From a virus: a stretch of DNA of 42,140 nt. The stretch is taken from positions 1 to 42,140 of the IMG/VR virus record IMGVR_UViG_3300008221_000005. The stretch is one strand, 5' to 3'. A program made the position numbers and the translations under genes. The notes below the pieces were generated by a model. It was given only the letters and a program-made list of their open reading frames with translations. It did no database searches and was not told the origin of the DNA. Below, piece after piece: positions 17,170 to 26,959 of the stretch (the first letter of the stretch is position 1; each line of letters begins with the position of its first letter).

Positions 17170-19016
17170 GCTTCCATTAATAGAACTATTAATCTTGCCA
17201 CCATTCTCTTATCTAACTCTTTGCCAATAAGGATCGATTCATCAACCTCAACCTCTTTCATGGGTTGCTCAAAACTGGAAACACTAGTTAGACTGTTGAT
17301 GTAATCTTCGATAGCCAACTTCATTGTTGAGCCATCATCAGTTGGGACTTCTATGATGTCTTTAGCTATATCGCTAAAAGTTAAACCTGGCGGTAAATCT
17401 TCAGCTATCGATTGAAGTTGTTTCTTCTTCTCTTCGTCAGATAGTTTCTTTGCATTGATATGCTTGATTCTATCTTCTATCCATTCACCACCAGCGCCAC
17501 TCGGCTGATCACTAATGACCTCTTCTTCTACATTAGTGTTGTAACTTAACGTGGCATCTTGTCCAGATGCAGAAAATGTCCCACTTTCAGCGCTGATAAC
17601 ACTGTTAAGTAAGAACGTTACGTTCTGCCCTGATACGCTATAGCTGGCAGAATTAGCAGTTAAAGAATAACTGCCAGCAGGGGTATAAACTAAAGTGGCA
17701 TCAGTGCCAGTGATGGTGTAAGTGCCGGACTCTGAGCTAACAACAAGAGTTCGCAACAGGCTTGCATCTGTACCGGCGACTGAATAAACACCCGACTCAG
17801 AACTAACAGAGTATCCTGTAAGAAGCGATACATCTGTGCCTGTTATCGTGTATGAATCACTATCAGCAGTGAGTACATAACTTGCTTCTAACCCTGCTGC
17901 CTGACCCGTAATACTGTAGCTGTCGCCTTCAGCAGAAAGCACATAGTTAACAGTGAACCCAACATCCTGCCCAGATACAGAGTAAGTGCCTGACTCTGCA
18001 CTAACAATCTTCCCAATCTGGAATGAAGCGTCTGTGCCTGTAAATGTATAAGCGCTTGACTCTGCATTAACTGTATAGTCAGCAATCAATCCTGCATTTG
18101 CGCCAGAAACTGTATAAGCGCCTGACTCTGAAGAAATTGAATAACCAGCTAATAAACTGGCATCTGTTCCAGCAACAGAGTAAGCAGTTGACTCTGCGCT
18201 TAAAGTTCTACTGTATTCAAGAGAAGCTGCTGTTCCTGTAACAGGGTATGAGCCGCTTTCAGCATTGATCTCATAGCTAGCCAATAAACTGGCCGCTGTT
18301 CCTGATACTGAAAATGTTCCACTATCACAACTTAATGTATATGCGGTTGCGGCAGACGCCGCTTTGTACGTCTGGGCGCAATTCATCCAATTGGCTGAAT
18401 TTGTCCACGTCCAGTTCGGGTCATCATCCTGATTGCCAGCCAGATATGACATTGCTGTCAAGATGTTATAATCTTTGTTAAACGGGCCTACATCAGATTC
18501 ATAGGTTGATTCTTTAGTGTGGCCTGTACCACCAGCAGTTAATCCAGAGACCGTTCCGGAATTGTTCTGTGTAATTGACAGAACAGAAACAATCAGATCG
18601 TCGTTATCAACTGATGTTAACGTCAATGCATTGTTTGACGTTGCTGATGCGCCGCTGTCTGTGTCACTACTTCCACGAGGCGTTGTCTGATCAACGCCTG
18701 TTAAAAGCATACAGGAGACAGCAGGGCCGTCGACTGTTGATCCCCAGTTACAAACGATGTTGGCTGTGGTTGCCGTGGGTGCGACTAAATCCCACAAACC
18801 CGTTGCGTAAAAACTGTCTTGTGTTGCGGTAAGCCTGGATGTCAGATTTTCTGACGTGTTCCACGTAATAGAAGATGGTTGATTAGTCGCATCATCATTT
18901 GATGCGGGGCATACAACCAAAACCGTATCTGAGCCTGATACAGTAAAACTTGAAATTGTTAGGCTTGAAACTCCATTGCCGAATGCACCGCTTGCACCTG
19001 CTCTTGCAGCAGCCAT
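17166..19016 (-). CDS. Virion-module protein with 12 tandem 22-aa beta-type repeats
   Basis: Residues about 228-495 repeat the pattern xSAESGxYxVxGxDAxLxxxYx. Globular N-terminal domain and acidic C-terminal domain. Confidence 0.6.
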   Translation of the reverse strand: MAAARAGASGAFGNGVSSLTISSFTVSGSDTVLVVCPASNDDATNQPSSITWNTSENLTSRLTATQDSFYATGLWDLVAPTATTANIVCNWGSTVDGPAVSCMLLTGVDQTTPRGSSDTDSGASATSNNALTLTSVDNDDLIVSVLSITQNNSGTVSGLTAGGTGHTKESTYESDVGPFNKDYNILTAMSYLAGNQDDDPNWTWTNSANWMNCAQTYKAASAATAYTLSCDSGTFSVSGTAASLLASYEINAESGSYPVTGTAASLEYSRTLSAESTAYSVAGTDASLLAGYSISSESGAYTVSGANAGLIADYTVNAESSAYTFTGTDASFQIGKIVSAESGTYSVSGQDVGFTVNYVLSAEGDSYSITGQAAGLEASYVLTADSDSYTITGTDVSLLTGYSVSSESGVYSVAGTDASLLRTLVVSSESGTYTITGTDATLVYTPAGSYSLTANSASYSVSGQNVTFLLNSVISAESGTFSASGQDATLSYNTNVEEEVISDQPSGAGGEWIEDRIKHINAKKLSDEEKKKQLQSIAEDLPPGLTFSDIAKDIIEVPTDDGSTMKLAIEDYINSLTSVSSFEQPMKEVEVDESILIGKELDKRMVARLIVLLMEA

Positions 19017-19017
19017 A

Positions 19018-19416
19018 TCAGACCCCTAACTTAATTCGTTCTTCTTTTGTAATGACTTTCTCATCAACCGCATTAAAGGAAAATGCTTTTCGGGATTTTA
19101 ATTCAACCCTTGTTTTACGGTTTCGTCCTTTCGGTAAGACAACACCAAGACCCGCTGTTTTAGGATTAATAAAATCACGCTTTGACGGTTCGCCAGTAAA
19201 GGTAGCCCCTGCTATTGGATAGAATTCACCATTGTCTATTGAGATATATACGACTATCTGACAAACAACATCTTTCTCATCATCAGGGACGCTATCGCGC
19301 GGAACTGACACATAAAAAATATCCTGATCCGCGTCGAGAGTAATATCTCTACTTAATGCCGATTCGTCAGCATTAAGTGACTTTTCGGTAATAATGTCTC
19401 TTTCAGGAATTCTCAC
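19018..19416 (-). CDS. Hypothetical structural-module protein (132 aa)
   Basis: Packed between neighbouring structural-module genes. Confidence 0.5.
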   Translation of the reverse strand: MRIPERDIITEKSLNADESALSRDITLDADQDIFYVSVPRDSVPDDEKDVVCQIVVYISIDNGEFYPIAGATFTGEPSKRDFINPKTAGLGVVLPKGRNRKTRVELKSRKAFSFNAVDEKVITKEERIKLGV

Positions 19417-19420
19417 TATA

Positions 19421-19825
19421 TTACGAGATCGTTAAAATACTCGCGCCAAAATCAACAGTAAACGACTCCCCATCCTGCAATGTTAATGCTGACCCATAAT
19501 CCCACCAGCCAATTAATTGATCGTTAGTTGAATTATGTAAAACAACATATCTGAATGGGCCAACTGTTCCGCCAGACGCGGTGATTGTTACATCTGTTCC
19601 AGTGAGTGTTCCTGTGCCAGAAGCTTCACTATATGCGTTCTGAGTATCAACCGGCGCTGTATAACCATTTTCATTAGTGATTTCAGCCAGATCAGCCTTT
19701 ACGTTATCTAGTGATGCGCTGGGTGTAGCGTTAGTTAGATAGACATTTAACGTATCTGTGTTTAACTGCTGCCCTTCAACGCCTAAACTACCTACAAAGC
19801 TTTCAAATTTATTAAATGTCGCCAT
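19421..19825 (-). CDS. Hypothetical structural-module protein (134 aa)
   Basis: Immediately downstream of the portal gene. Beta-rich composition. Confidence 0.5.
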   Translation of the reverse strand: MATFNKFESFVGSLGVEGQQLNTDTLNVYLTNATPSASLDNVKADLAEITNENGYTAPVDTQNAYSEASGTGTLTGTDVTITASGGTVGPFRYVVLHNSTNDQLIGWWDYGSALTLQDGESFTVDFGASILTIS

Positions 19826-19828
19826 TGT

Positions 19829-21919
19829 TTATTCCTTTACTGTTTCTGTTTTGATGCCAATAGGCATGCCTTCTTTGTCTAAAATAATCTTTTTAGGCCT
19901 GCTTGCGTTCTCGACATATTTAATAAATGTCTTGATTAATTGCTCGTTGTCTTTATCTGAATTATTCTTTTCAGGCTTAACCTCTCTATTAATCTCATTA
20001 GCCCGCTGCTCTGATTTAACTTTTTCTATTTCAGATTGCATGCCCACCATGAATGATTGCTGGTGATGAGTCTGCTTTAACTCTTCCTGTAAACTCTGTG
20101 CGCGTGTCTTCTGTTCCTGCGTTTTGAGTTTTTCTTCTGCAATGGCTGAATCTTTTTGTTCTAACTGAAGTTCAAGCTTTTGAGACTGAAGCGTGACTTT
20201 GCTCAACTCTTCGTTTAGCTTTTGTATTTCCTGCGTTAACTGTTGTGACGTTAATTCTCCTGCCTGAATTGCAGCGTCTAACTGTGCAGTGCGGGCAGAG
20301 AGCATTTCCTCAAAGCGGGCTTCTTCATCTTTAGTAGGGATGTTTAACAGTCGTTCAGGGTTTTCAACGCCAAACGTGGAATAGACTTCCTTGATGTGCT
20401 CTGCTTTATTGAGAAGTTTTGCCGCTTCCTCGTCGCCCGCGAATAACTGATATCCAGATAAAACACCTTGCTGGCGTCTTTCTTCAGAGAGGACTTTGCG
20501 TCCACCGACAACATCAAATGTCGCCTCATCAGGAAGCTTCTGACTCGTCATAATCTCGAAGTCTTCCTGACCTAACTCCGGATTGTAATAATGGTAGCGT
20601 TCCAGATTTTTCTTGTTCCATATATGTTGCATATACAGAAACGGTCTGAGTCCGTTGTCTTCCAGCTTTGACAGGAAGTCAACTGTTCTTACTTCAGCAC
20701 GAGAGTCTTTCTTCTGAACCTCAAACTTGGTCTGTTCAGTCGATTGCGAAACCCCTGATCGGGTCGCATCAATATTGACACCACGCTCTGCCTGCTCTGT
20801 GGCGTAACGTAGCCCTTCTAGCGCTGCCGCCGCGTTGCCTATTTGGAGTACTTCTATCTCACCAAGGGTTGAGGTAGGGTTCTTCGCTCCTGGTGATAGA
20901 TCGGGCGGCATGCCCGCAGAACTGGGCGAATTTTCGTTGTAGTTAACGGGTGGCTCTGTGGCCAAATCAACCGCGTCAAGGAATTTGTTCGCTGAACGGG
21001 TGGCGATTTTGTGCCAAGGGACATTCTTATGGATGGGAGAGGTAAAGTAAGGGTCTCTTACATCCTGTCTTTCATACCCACCAAACATCACATTCGGGAA
21101 TGGGAACTCGTTAGGAACCGCTTTTAGTGTTTTATTCTCTTTACCTTTAGATACCCATACATCCGCATTAGGAACAAACTGGTTTTGTCTTGCCCTGTCG
21201 ATAGAGATTGGGCCTTTCCAGATAAGCACATGAACGCCTTTAAACGTAACGCCGCCAATCTTGTGCTCTTCTTCTTCAACGTCTTTAAGGTTAAGTCCAA
21301 GATTTTTCATATCCTGTAACTTCATATACCTTTCTACTAACATGGCTCCATCGTAGAAAAGGTTTGTTCCCATGACTTCTGGTGAGGGATCGGGATAACA
21401 ATGCCACATGGAATGCGGTTTCCATACGGGGGCTGTTAACTGAAATAACTTCCCGCCATTCTCAACCTGAGTCATTCGCTTAGGTTCGCAAAACGCGACA
21501 AATGAACCATGCGATAAAGACTCTTTAACTGATAACTCAAACCTTGCTTTAAAGCCAAAGTCGATATGCTGTTGCGACATGAAGGCACGGACTTTATCAT
21601 CACGCTCCTTCTGAGATTCTTGATCACCTCCCGTGTGTGGATCAAACCACTTTCTGTTGTTAGGGAACTCAATCCGCATAATATCTGCGGAACCAATCTC
21701 AATAGCAGCGGACGTTAATCCTAATTCAACTGCGTTGTGCCAATCCTCATCTACATTGCCTGATTTTTCCAAGACATCAGGTGGGTTGATTTTCTTCTGT
21801 CGGTCTGTTTCCAGCCAACGCTTCTCGTGCTCTTTTCTGAAGGGAGACTGCTTTCTATATTCAAACTCTGCCACTACCTGTTCGGCAATATTGTCAAAGT
21901 CTTTCTTATTTATTTTCAT
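19829..21919 (-). CDS. Portal protein
   Basis: 696 aa, heads the head-gene block. C-terminal long coiled coil. Assigned by size and position. Confidence 0.6.
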   Translation of the reverse strand: MKINKKDFDNIAEQVVAEFEYRKQSPFRKEHEKRWLETDRQKKINPPDVLEKSGNVDEDWHNAVELGLTSAAIEIGSADIMRIEFPNNRKWFDPHTGGDQESQKERDDKVRAFMSQQHIDFGFKARFELSVKESLSHGSFVAFCEPKRMTQVENGGKLFQLTAPVWKPHSMWHCYPDPSPEVMGTNLFYDGAMLVERYMKLQDMKNLGLNLKDVEEEEHKIGGVTFKGVHVLIWKGPISIDRARQNQFVPNADVWVSKGKENKTLKAVPNEFPFPNVMFGGYERQDVRDPYFTSPIHKNVPWHKIATRSANKFLDAVDLATEPPVNYNENSPSSAGMPPDLSPGAKNPTSTLGEIEVLQIGNAAAALEGLRYATEQAERGVNIDATRSGVSQSTEQTKFEVQKKDSRAEVRTVDFLSKLEDNGLRPFLYMQHIWNKKNLERYHYYNPELGQEDFEIMTSQKLPDEATFDVVGGRKVLSEERRQQGVLSGYQLFAGDEEAAKLLNKAEHIKEVYSTFGVENPERLLNIPTKDEEARFEEMLSARTAQLDAAIQAGELTSQQLTQEIQKLNEELSKVTLQSQKLELQLEQKDSAIAEEKLKTQEQKTRAQSLQEELKQTHHQQSFMVGMQSEIEKVKSEQRANEINREVKPEKNNSDKDNEQLIKTFIKYVENASRPKKIILDKEGMPIGIKTETVKE

Positions 21920-21928
21920 AGTCTTCCA

Positions 21929-21953
21929 TAAAAAAAGCCCCGGTTAAGGGGCT
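21929..21953 (-). terminator. Strong intrinsic terminator between the beta-helix gene and portal
   Basis: On the - strand: AGCCCC-TTAACC-GGGGCT followed by T7. Confidence 0.7.
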
Positions 21954-21963
21954 TTGTTGAAAT

Positions 21964-24183
21964 TTATAAGTTAGGTGCGGCTGTCCAAGTCCCCGGACTT
22001 CCTGGCGTTGTTACCATCCAGTAAGGCGGCGACCCTGTAGCAGCGGATGTATTGATACACATATCCCCATCAAGATAATCACCCACAGTAGGTGCAGATC
22101 CTGCGCACCATGTTAATCTTAGTATTTGGTTATCTGACTGCCTGCCATGCGCTGGGACTGAGATAGTCGCCCCCCAACCCATGTAAACCTCATCCCAAAA
22201 TATTTGTACTGTACTGTCTGGGACGGTGCTTTGATTTAAGTGGGCTAGCCTTTGAAATCCAGTGGCATCTTCATCGATAATGCCAATCGCATACATGTCA
22301 CGCCATTCACCCGTAACATCAGTGAGGTTTTGAGCGGAACCATGATTTCCTTGCGCCCCATCCATTAACGAGCCTAAGAACGTAAACGCACCAGTTGTTG
22401 CGGATGATACAACCTTGTATCTTGCCGCCATTGATACCTGGCGTCCGACAAAAGATGACCAACGTGTCATGGTATGAGTGCCAGTCCCGGTACTGGTTAT
22501 ATCAACAACGCCGCATCCGTCATAACAAGTTGTTAACTGATATGTATTAGCTGTTGCGTTATCGACATAATATCGCCTGCTTGTGCTAATGCCTGCACAT
22601 ACTGTTGTTGTAGAGCTCGCGATAACAATATCATTGTCTACAAAGTCATGGCCTGTAGCGTCTATTTCATCGTTAGCGGTGTCGCATGTAAAAGTTTCCG
22701 CATTGTTATCAGCAGGAACATTAACCTCAAAGATAAATCTTGGGATTTCGTTGCCGTCTGAATTTACTCCGTAGACTCGATGATTATCAGCATCATCATA
22801 AATTCCCTGCGACGCAAAATTCCGACCGCCTTGATCCGTTGATATTTTTATAAAATTGTTTTCGTAACTGTTAACCGTATTGGTTGTAGACCAGTCAAGT
22901 GCATCCAGGCCATCATACTGAACTAATGGAATTGAGTCTGGGAATACGTATTGCGCGCCATTCGATGGAGTCACTGTTAACCGATAGCGTCCTACCATGC
23001 CATCTGGAACAGTAATAACATCCCGCGTATGCACGTCAATCGAACCCACGCCAAAATCTTTGGTATCAATCACTCTTGACTCATCAATCATAGAGCCTAG
23101 CGAGTCGTCATCTGGATCAAAGTAATTCCACCCGATGATATTGAGTTTAGCTTTGTTATCGCTTAATGAAATGGGTTTATCGACATTTAACCCCTCAACA
23201 TACAAAAATTGTTTGTCTGATGAGGCGTAAACATTGTCTGACATGTAAATAGAAAATGGCGGCTCATTAGTAGTTATCTCGCCATGAAAACTTATGACTT
23301 TAGTCAGCGTTTCGCCACCTATCTGCATGTAGCTTGTAACAGCAGAATTACCTGTTCCTTGAATAACAACATTTTCAACAGAGCCTTGACGGAAAGTCTC
23401 AAGATTTAATATATGCTCTTCTACCGACGCGGAATTTACACTAATGCCGAATTGGTGATTTTTAATAATAAATTGAGATGCGTTTAAGTATGTTGTTCCG
23501 CCCGTGCCATCGTCTAAACCCTCTATCATTCCGCCCATGTTTTCATAGCGGAAGTTAGTCAGGCTTACACCTTCACCATATACATCTTGCCCTACTGATA
23601 TCCCATAACCAGCGCAGTCAGAGAAAAACAGTTTATCAAAATTAGTGAATGACCAACGGGGCGAAGCGCCACTCCCATCATCCGTAAATTCAATGGCATT
23701 CTTCCCGGCTTGCGAAGCATCCTCGCATTTGAACCCCATGCCTTCCATATTGGTATAGCTATTACCAAGGTTTGCGCCCACTTTATCATTATCGACAAAA
23801 CGCATAATTGGCGTGGCGTCGGTAGCTGTTTGGGTAATCGTACAAGCACTCGTTATTTGTGCTGCCGTGTTGCCATCGCTTAATGGGCCACCACTGCCGC
23901 CACATTCAAAGCTTAACCCTGGTGCGTCAATTTCCCATGTAGCCGAAATAGCACATTCTCCACCTGAAAAGACTATTTTTGCTCCAGCCACATCATCTGC
24001 TAAATTTTCAATTCTTTGTAGCGCTGTTAAATTATCTGTTGATCCATCACATATAACACCAAAATTTTCAGTATAGAATGTGTATTTTGGAGCTGAAGTA
24101 ATAGCAGCAAAAGACATTCCAACGAAAAATATCAATAACGCTAAAGCTTCTTCCTTATACAGCGGGTGTAATTTAATAGACAC
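21964..24183 (-). CDS. Right-handed beta-helix (pectate-lyase-like) protein, tailspike/depolymerase candidate, with N-terminal signal-like segment
   Basis: CDGSTDNLTALQRI resembles the GDG.TDDT.AIQ entry motif of pectate_lyase_3 tailspikes. ALALLIFFVGMSFAAITSA is a hydrophobic leader. Confidence 0.55.
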   Translation of the reverse strand: MSIKLHPLYKEEALALLIFFVGMSFAAITSAPKYTFYTENFGVICDGSTDNLTALQRIENLADDVAGAKIVFSGGECAISATWEIDAPGLSFECGGSGGPLSDGNTAAQITSACTITQTATDATPIMRFVDNDKVGANLGNSYTNMEGMGFKCEDASQAGKNAIEFTDDGSGASPRWSFTNFDKLFFSDCAGYGISVGQDVYGEGVSLTNFRYENMGGMIEGLDDGTGGTTYLNASQFIIKNHQFGISVNSASVEEHILNLETFRQGSVENVVIQGTGNSAVTSYMQIGGETLTKVISFHGEITTNEPPFSIYMSDNVYASSDKQFLYVEGLNVDKPISLSDNKAKLNIIGWNYFDPDDDSLGSMIDESRVIDTKDFGVGSIDVHTRDVITVPDGMVGRYRLTVTPSNGAQYVFPDSIPLVQYDGLDALDWSTTNTVNSYENNFIKISTDQGGRNFASQGIYDDADNHRVYGVNSDGNEIPRFIFEVNVPADNNAETFTCDTANDEIDATGHDFVDNDIVIASSTTTVCAGISTSRRYYVDNATANTYQLTTCYDGCGVVDITSTGTGTHTMTRWSSFVGRQVSMAARYKVVSSATTGAFTFLGSLMDGAQGNHGSAQNLTDVTGEWRDMYAIGIIDEDATGFQRLAHLNQSTVPDSTVQIFWDEVYMGWGATISVPAHGRQSDNQILRLTWCAGSAPTVGDYLDGDMCINTSAATGSPPYWMVTTPGSPGTWTAAPNL

Positions 24184-24977
24184 TAATTAACCTCACTATC
24201 AATTTTCCAGCCAATAGTTGCATCGACATATCTAAATTTAACTCCAGCACCGTTAATGCTTAAAACATAGGGTTGAGATGATCCGTGATGAGTGAACGCG
24301 GAAATAGTAATATTGTTTTCCGCAGCGGTTCCTCTTGAATCAAACACGCCAAAAATATCTCCGGCTGAAGGGGAGCTGGGCGCGGTAATAGTTCTTGCGG
24401 CGGCGGTTGAATTGACCGGCAGGTCTTCACCGATAACAGCCGTTGCGTTAGCGGCCACTTCTGTGGCAAGTGTTAAATCGGCAGAAGCACCATCTTCTAC
24501 GTTAAGAAATGTCAGCATTTGAGCTTTGGTTAGCTCTTCTGAATTGCCTGAACCCGATGAAATCCTGCCAAGAATTCTGTCTTGTGTAACGTTAGAGACA
24601 ACATTGACTGTGCCTCCACCTGATGCGGCTTTGCCGTCATCATAAATAACCCAGCCTATATCCGTATCGATATAGCGGAACTTCGCACTTCCCTGATCAG
24701 TACTGATGACGTGGTTTTGCACAGTTCCGTGTAAAGGGTCTGTGAAGACGACGGTAATATTATTTGTCCCTGCGTTTTCTCTTGAGTCGTAAACACCAAA
24801 CAAGGAACCAACATCAGGTAATTCGGGTTGATTGATAGTAACAGCGGCGCTAGTAGTATCGACCGCCAGAAACTCACCCACGATAGCGGTCGTTTCAGAG
24901 CTGACCTCGGACTCATAAGCGGTGAGAGTATTTAATCCCCTCGCTCTTAACAGTCCTGGTAAATTACGATGCGCCAT
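24183..24977 (-). CDS. Fibre/appendage-like protein with an internal domain duplication
   Basis: Two roughly 85-aa copies (…GSLFGVYDSRENAGTNNITV…FRYIDTDIGW / …GDIFGVFDSRGTAAENNITI…FRYVDATIGW). Confidence 0.5.
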   Translation of the reverse strand: MAHRNLPGLLRARGLNTLTAYESEVSSETTAIVGEFLAVDTTSAAVTINQPELPDVGSLFGVYDSRENAGTNNITVVFTDPLHGTVQNHVISTDQGSAKFRYIDTDIGWVIYDDGKAASGGGTVNVVSNVTQDRILGRISSGSGNSEELTKAQMLTFLNVEDGASADLTLATEVAANATAVIGEDLPVNSTAAARTITAPSSPSAGDIFGVFDSRGTAAENNITISAFTHHGSSQPYVLSINGAGVKFRYVDATIGWKIDSEVN

Positions 24978-25311
24978 CTATTTTCCCTTTAATGTCTTTT
25001 ATGGATGAACCCAAAGACATGGATAATTTGTAAATATCTTGTGATTTCTCGCTGGTTCTTCGGGTATCACTGACTACCCTTTCAAGGCTTTTATTAATTT
25101 TATTTAACACAGCAATGGATTCGTTTTTAGGAATGCTGCGCTTCACTTCGTCAATTAACCTGTCAATATCAACAGGTTCAATTTTCAGATTCTTCTCGAC
25201 ATATTTCTTATGGCCTTCCAGCGAAGCCTTTAATTCTTCAATCTCTTTTTTCATTAGAGCGAAATTTGCATTCACGTCTTTTAACTGGTTTAGTATTAAC
25301 TGAACTGACAT
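24964..25311 (-). CDS. Coiled-coil protein (115 aa)
   Basis: Heptad-rich. Immediately downstream of TerL. Confidence 0.5.
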   Translation of the reverse strand: MSVQLILNQLKDVNANFALMKKEIEELKASLEGHKKYVEKNLKIEPVDIDRLIDEVKRSIPKNESIAVLNKINKSLERVVSDTRRTSEKSQDIYKLSMSLGSSIKDIKGKIDGAS

Positions 25312-26742
25312 CTACCAAATCCTCAAACCTTTACGTTTGTTCGTTTTGAATATTCGTTTTACTTTTGTTGTTGCAAATCTCAGACTTAAAATCGCATAAC
25401 GCATAGCAGCCATTAAGTCGTCGTTCTTATCGACAATCCGCCCGTCCTTGCGATGATATAAACCCAGCTCTTTTTGCACTTCCTGGCAGGTTGAAAATAT
25501 TTTTAACCGCCCTGTCTGCATACGGGATAGAATCTCCATGATCCCGTATTCGATAGAGTGGCCGCCTTCCCCTTCCTTCTGTCCCTGCTGAGGGGGGTTG
25601 GTGAATTTTTTGTAAAGCATGTTGACGCCTTCATCCATGTACAACTGCTTTAACTGTTCTCCATCCCGTTCGTTAGAACGCATCCCGTCATGTGGCCATG
25701 CGACAGGTATCCATTCACCTTTCTTTTTGATCGCTGAAGAGTGGGTTGAGACTTTCTCGCGTGAGACTTTGTATTCGTCATAAATGTAAACGGTGTCGGT
25801 ATCCCGATCCCACGCTACCCAACAACAGGCGGTGGGATGATCCCAACCAAAATCCAGCCCACAAACACGCGGCCAGTGGTTTGGAATATCGATGGGGTCG
25901 ATAATTAATTCTTTAACCGATACCGGATAAACAAGCCCCGATCCCAACATGGGAATGCCTTTGGAGCGCATCTCAACTTCATGAGGGGGGAATTGAGATT
26001 TAATCATTTCCAGTTTTTCAGGGTTGTTCATTAAGTGGGGCGCATCTGCCCAACCCGCCATCATCACACCCATCCCTGCTTTACGTTCGTTTAATAACTG
26101 ATTCACCAAATCCGTCGCCCCGTTTTCAGGGGTGAAGGACATAATGATTAACAGTTGAGCGCGGGATAAACCGGAACGTAATACCTGCGACCAAATGTCC
26201 TGCGGGGGTTCTTCATCAAGCCAGGCACCGTCATAGCGCTTACCCATGAATTTCTTATTCCCCTGCTCATATGCGCGGAAGTGAACAACTGACCAACCCT
26301 TGAGATGCTTCACACGCACCGAATCAAGTGCATTGGGAACACCAGGCTTGCGCACTGTCTTACCTATCAGGTCTTTAGGGATAGTCCCTGTCCCTAACAA
26401 GTCATCATCGTCTGAGGGGCCAAGAAGCTCGTTCTGACAGATGTCACGACAGGTTTCGTTGGTATAGGCGCCAACAATCCACTGAACGGGATGTGAGAAA
26501 CGCCGCCCTTTATAATAATCGGGATACATCCCTGTTAAATGCCATGTGACTTCCATGCCACATGAAAAGGTCTTGCCTACCTGATTACCGCAAATAGCGG
26601 CTTTAACAATCGCAGGCTCGCCGTTATCGTCGTGTAAATTGTGAAAACTTAACTGCCAAGGATAGGGATCATAAAAACTAAGTTTCTCCTGTTCCGTCTT
26701 TTCCAGATACGATGACAAAAGATCCTGTAGTAGATCGGTCAT
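25312..26742 (-). CDS. terL: Terminase large subunit
   Basis: Walker A CGNQVGKT, Walker B AWLDEEP, C-terminal nuclease-type region. 476 aa. Confidence 0.85.
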   Translation of the reverse strand: MTDLLQDLLSSYLEKTEQEKLSFYDPYPWQLSFHNLHDDNGEPAIVKAAICGNQVGKTFSCGMEVTWHLTGMYPDYYKGRRFSHPVQWIVGAYTNETCRDICQNELLGPSDDDDLLGTGTIPKDLIGKTVRKPGVPNALDSVRVKHLKGWSVVHFRAYEQGNKKFMGKRYDGAWLDEEPPQDIWSQVLRSGLSRAQLLIIMSFTPENGATDLVNQLLNERKAGMGVMMAGWADAPHLMNNPEKLEMIKSQFPPHEVEMRSKGIPMLGSGLVYPVSVKELIIDPIDIPNHWPRVCGLDFGWDHPTACCWVAWDRDTDTVYIYDEYKVSREKVSTHSSAIKKKGEWIPVAWPHDGMRSNERDGEQLKQLYMDEGVNMLYKKFTNPPQQGQKEGEGGHSIEYGIMEILSRMQTGRLKIFSTCQEVQKELGLYHRKDGRIVDKNDDLMAAMRYAILSLRFATTKVKRIFKTNKRKGLRIW

Positions 26743-26959
26743 ATTCTTCCTTGAATTTTAGAGACTGTAGCTCTTCGTAAACCGAGAGGAAGCGCTCTAA
26801 CCAACGCGGCATTCCTTTTTTGTACTCCGTGATCGAGGCGGGAGATACGCCAATATAGGCGGCCATCGCTCTGGTTCCTCCAAAGCGACGGTCGATATAG
26901 GTTTGTGTGAGAAGTTTTTTGTTAGCCTCTACGTTCCTAGAGCCAACCTTTCGAGCCAT
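26678..26959 (-). CDS. Putative terminase small subunit (HTH protein)
   Basis: 93 aa with the HTH-like segment AMAAYIGVSPASITEYKKG. Overlaps the terL start by 65 nt. Confidence 0.4.
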   Translation of the reverse strand: MARKVGSRNVEANKKLLTQTYIDRRFGGTRAMAAYIGVSPASITEYKKGMPRWLERFLSVYEELQSLKFKEEYDRSTTGSFVIVSGKDGTGET

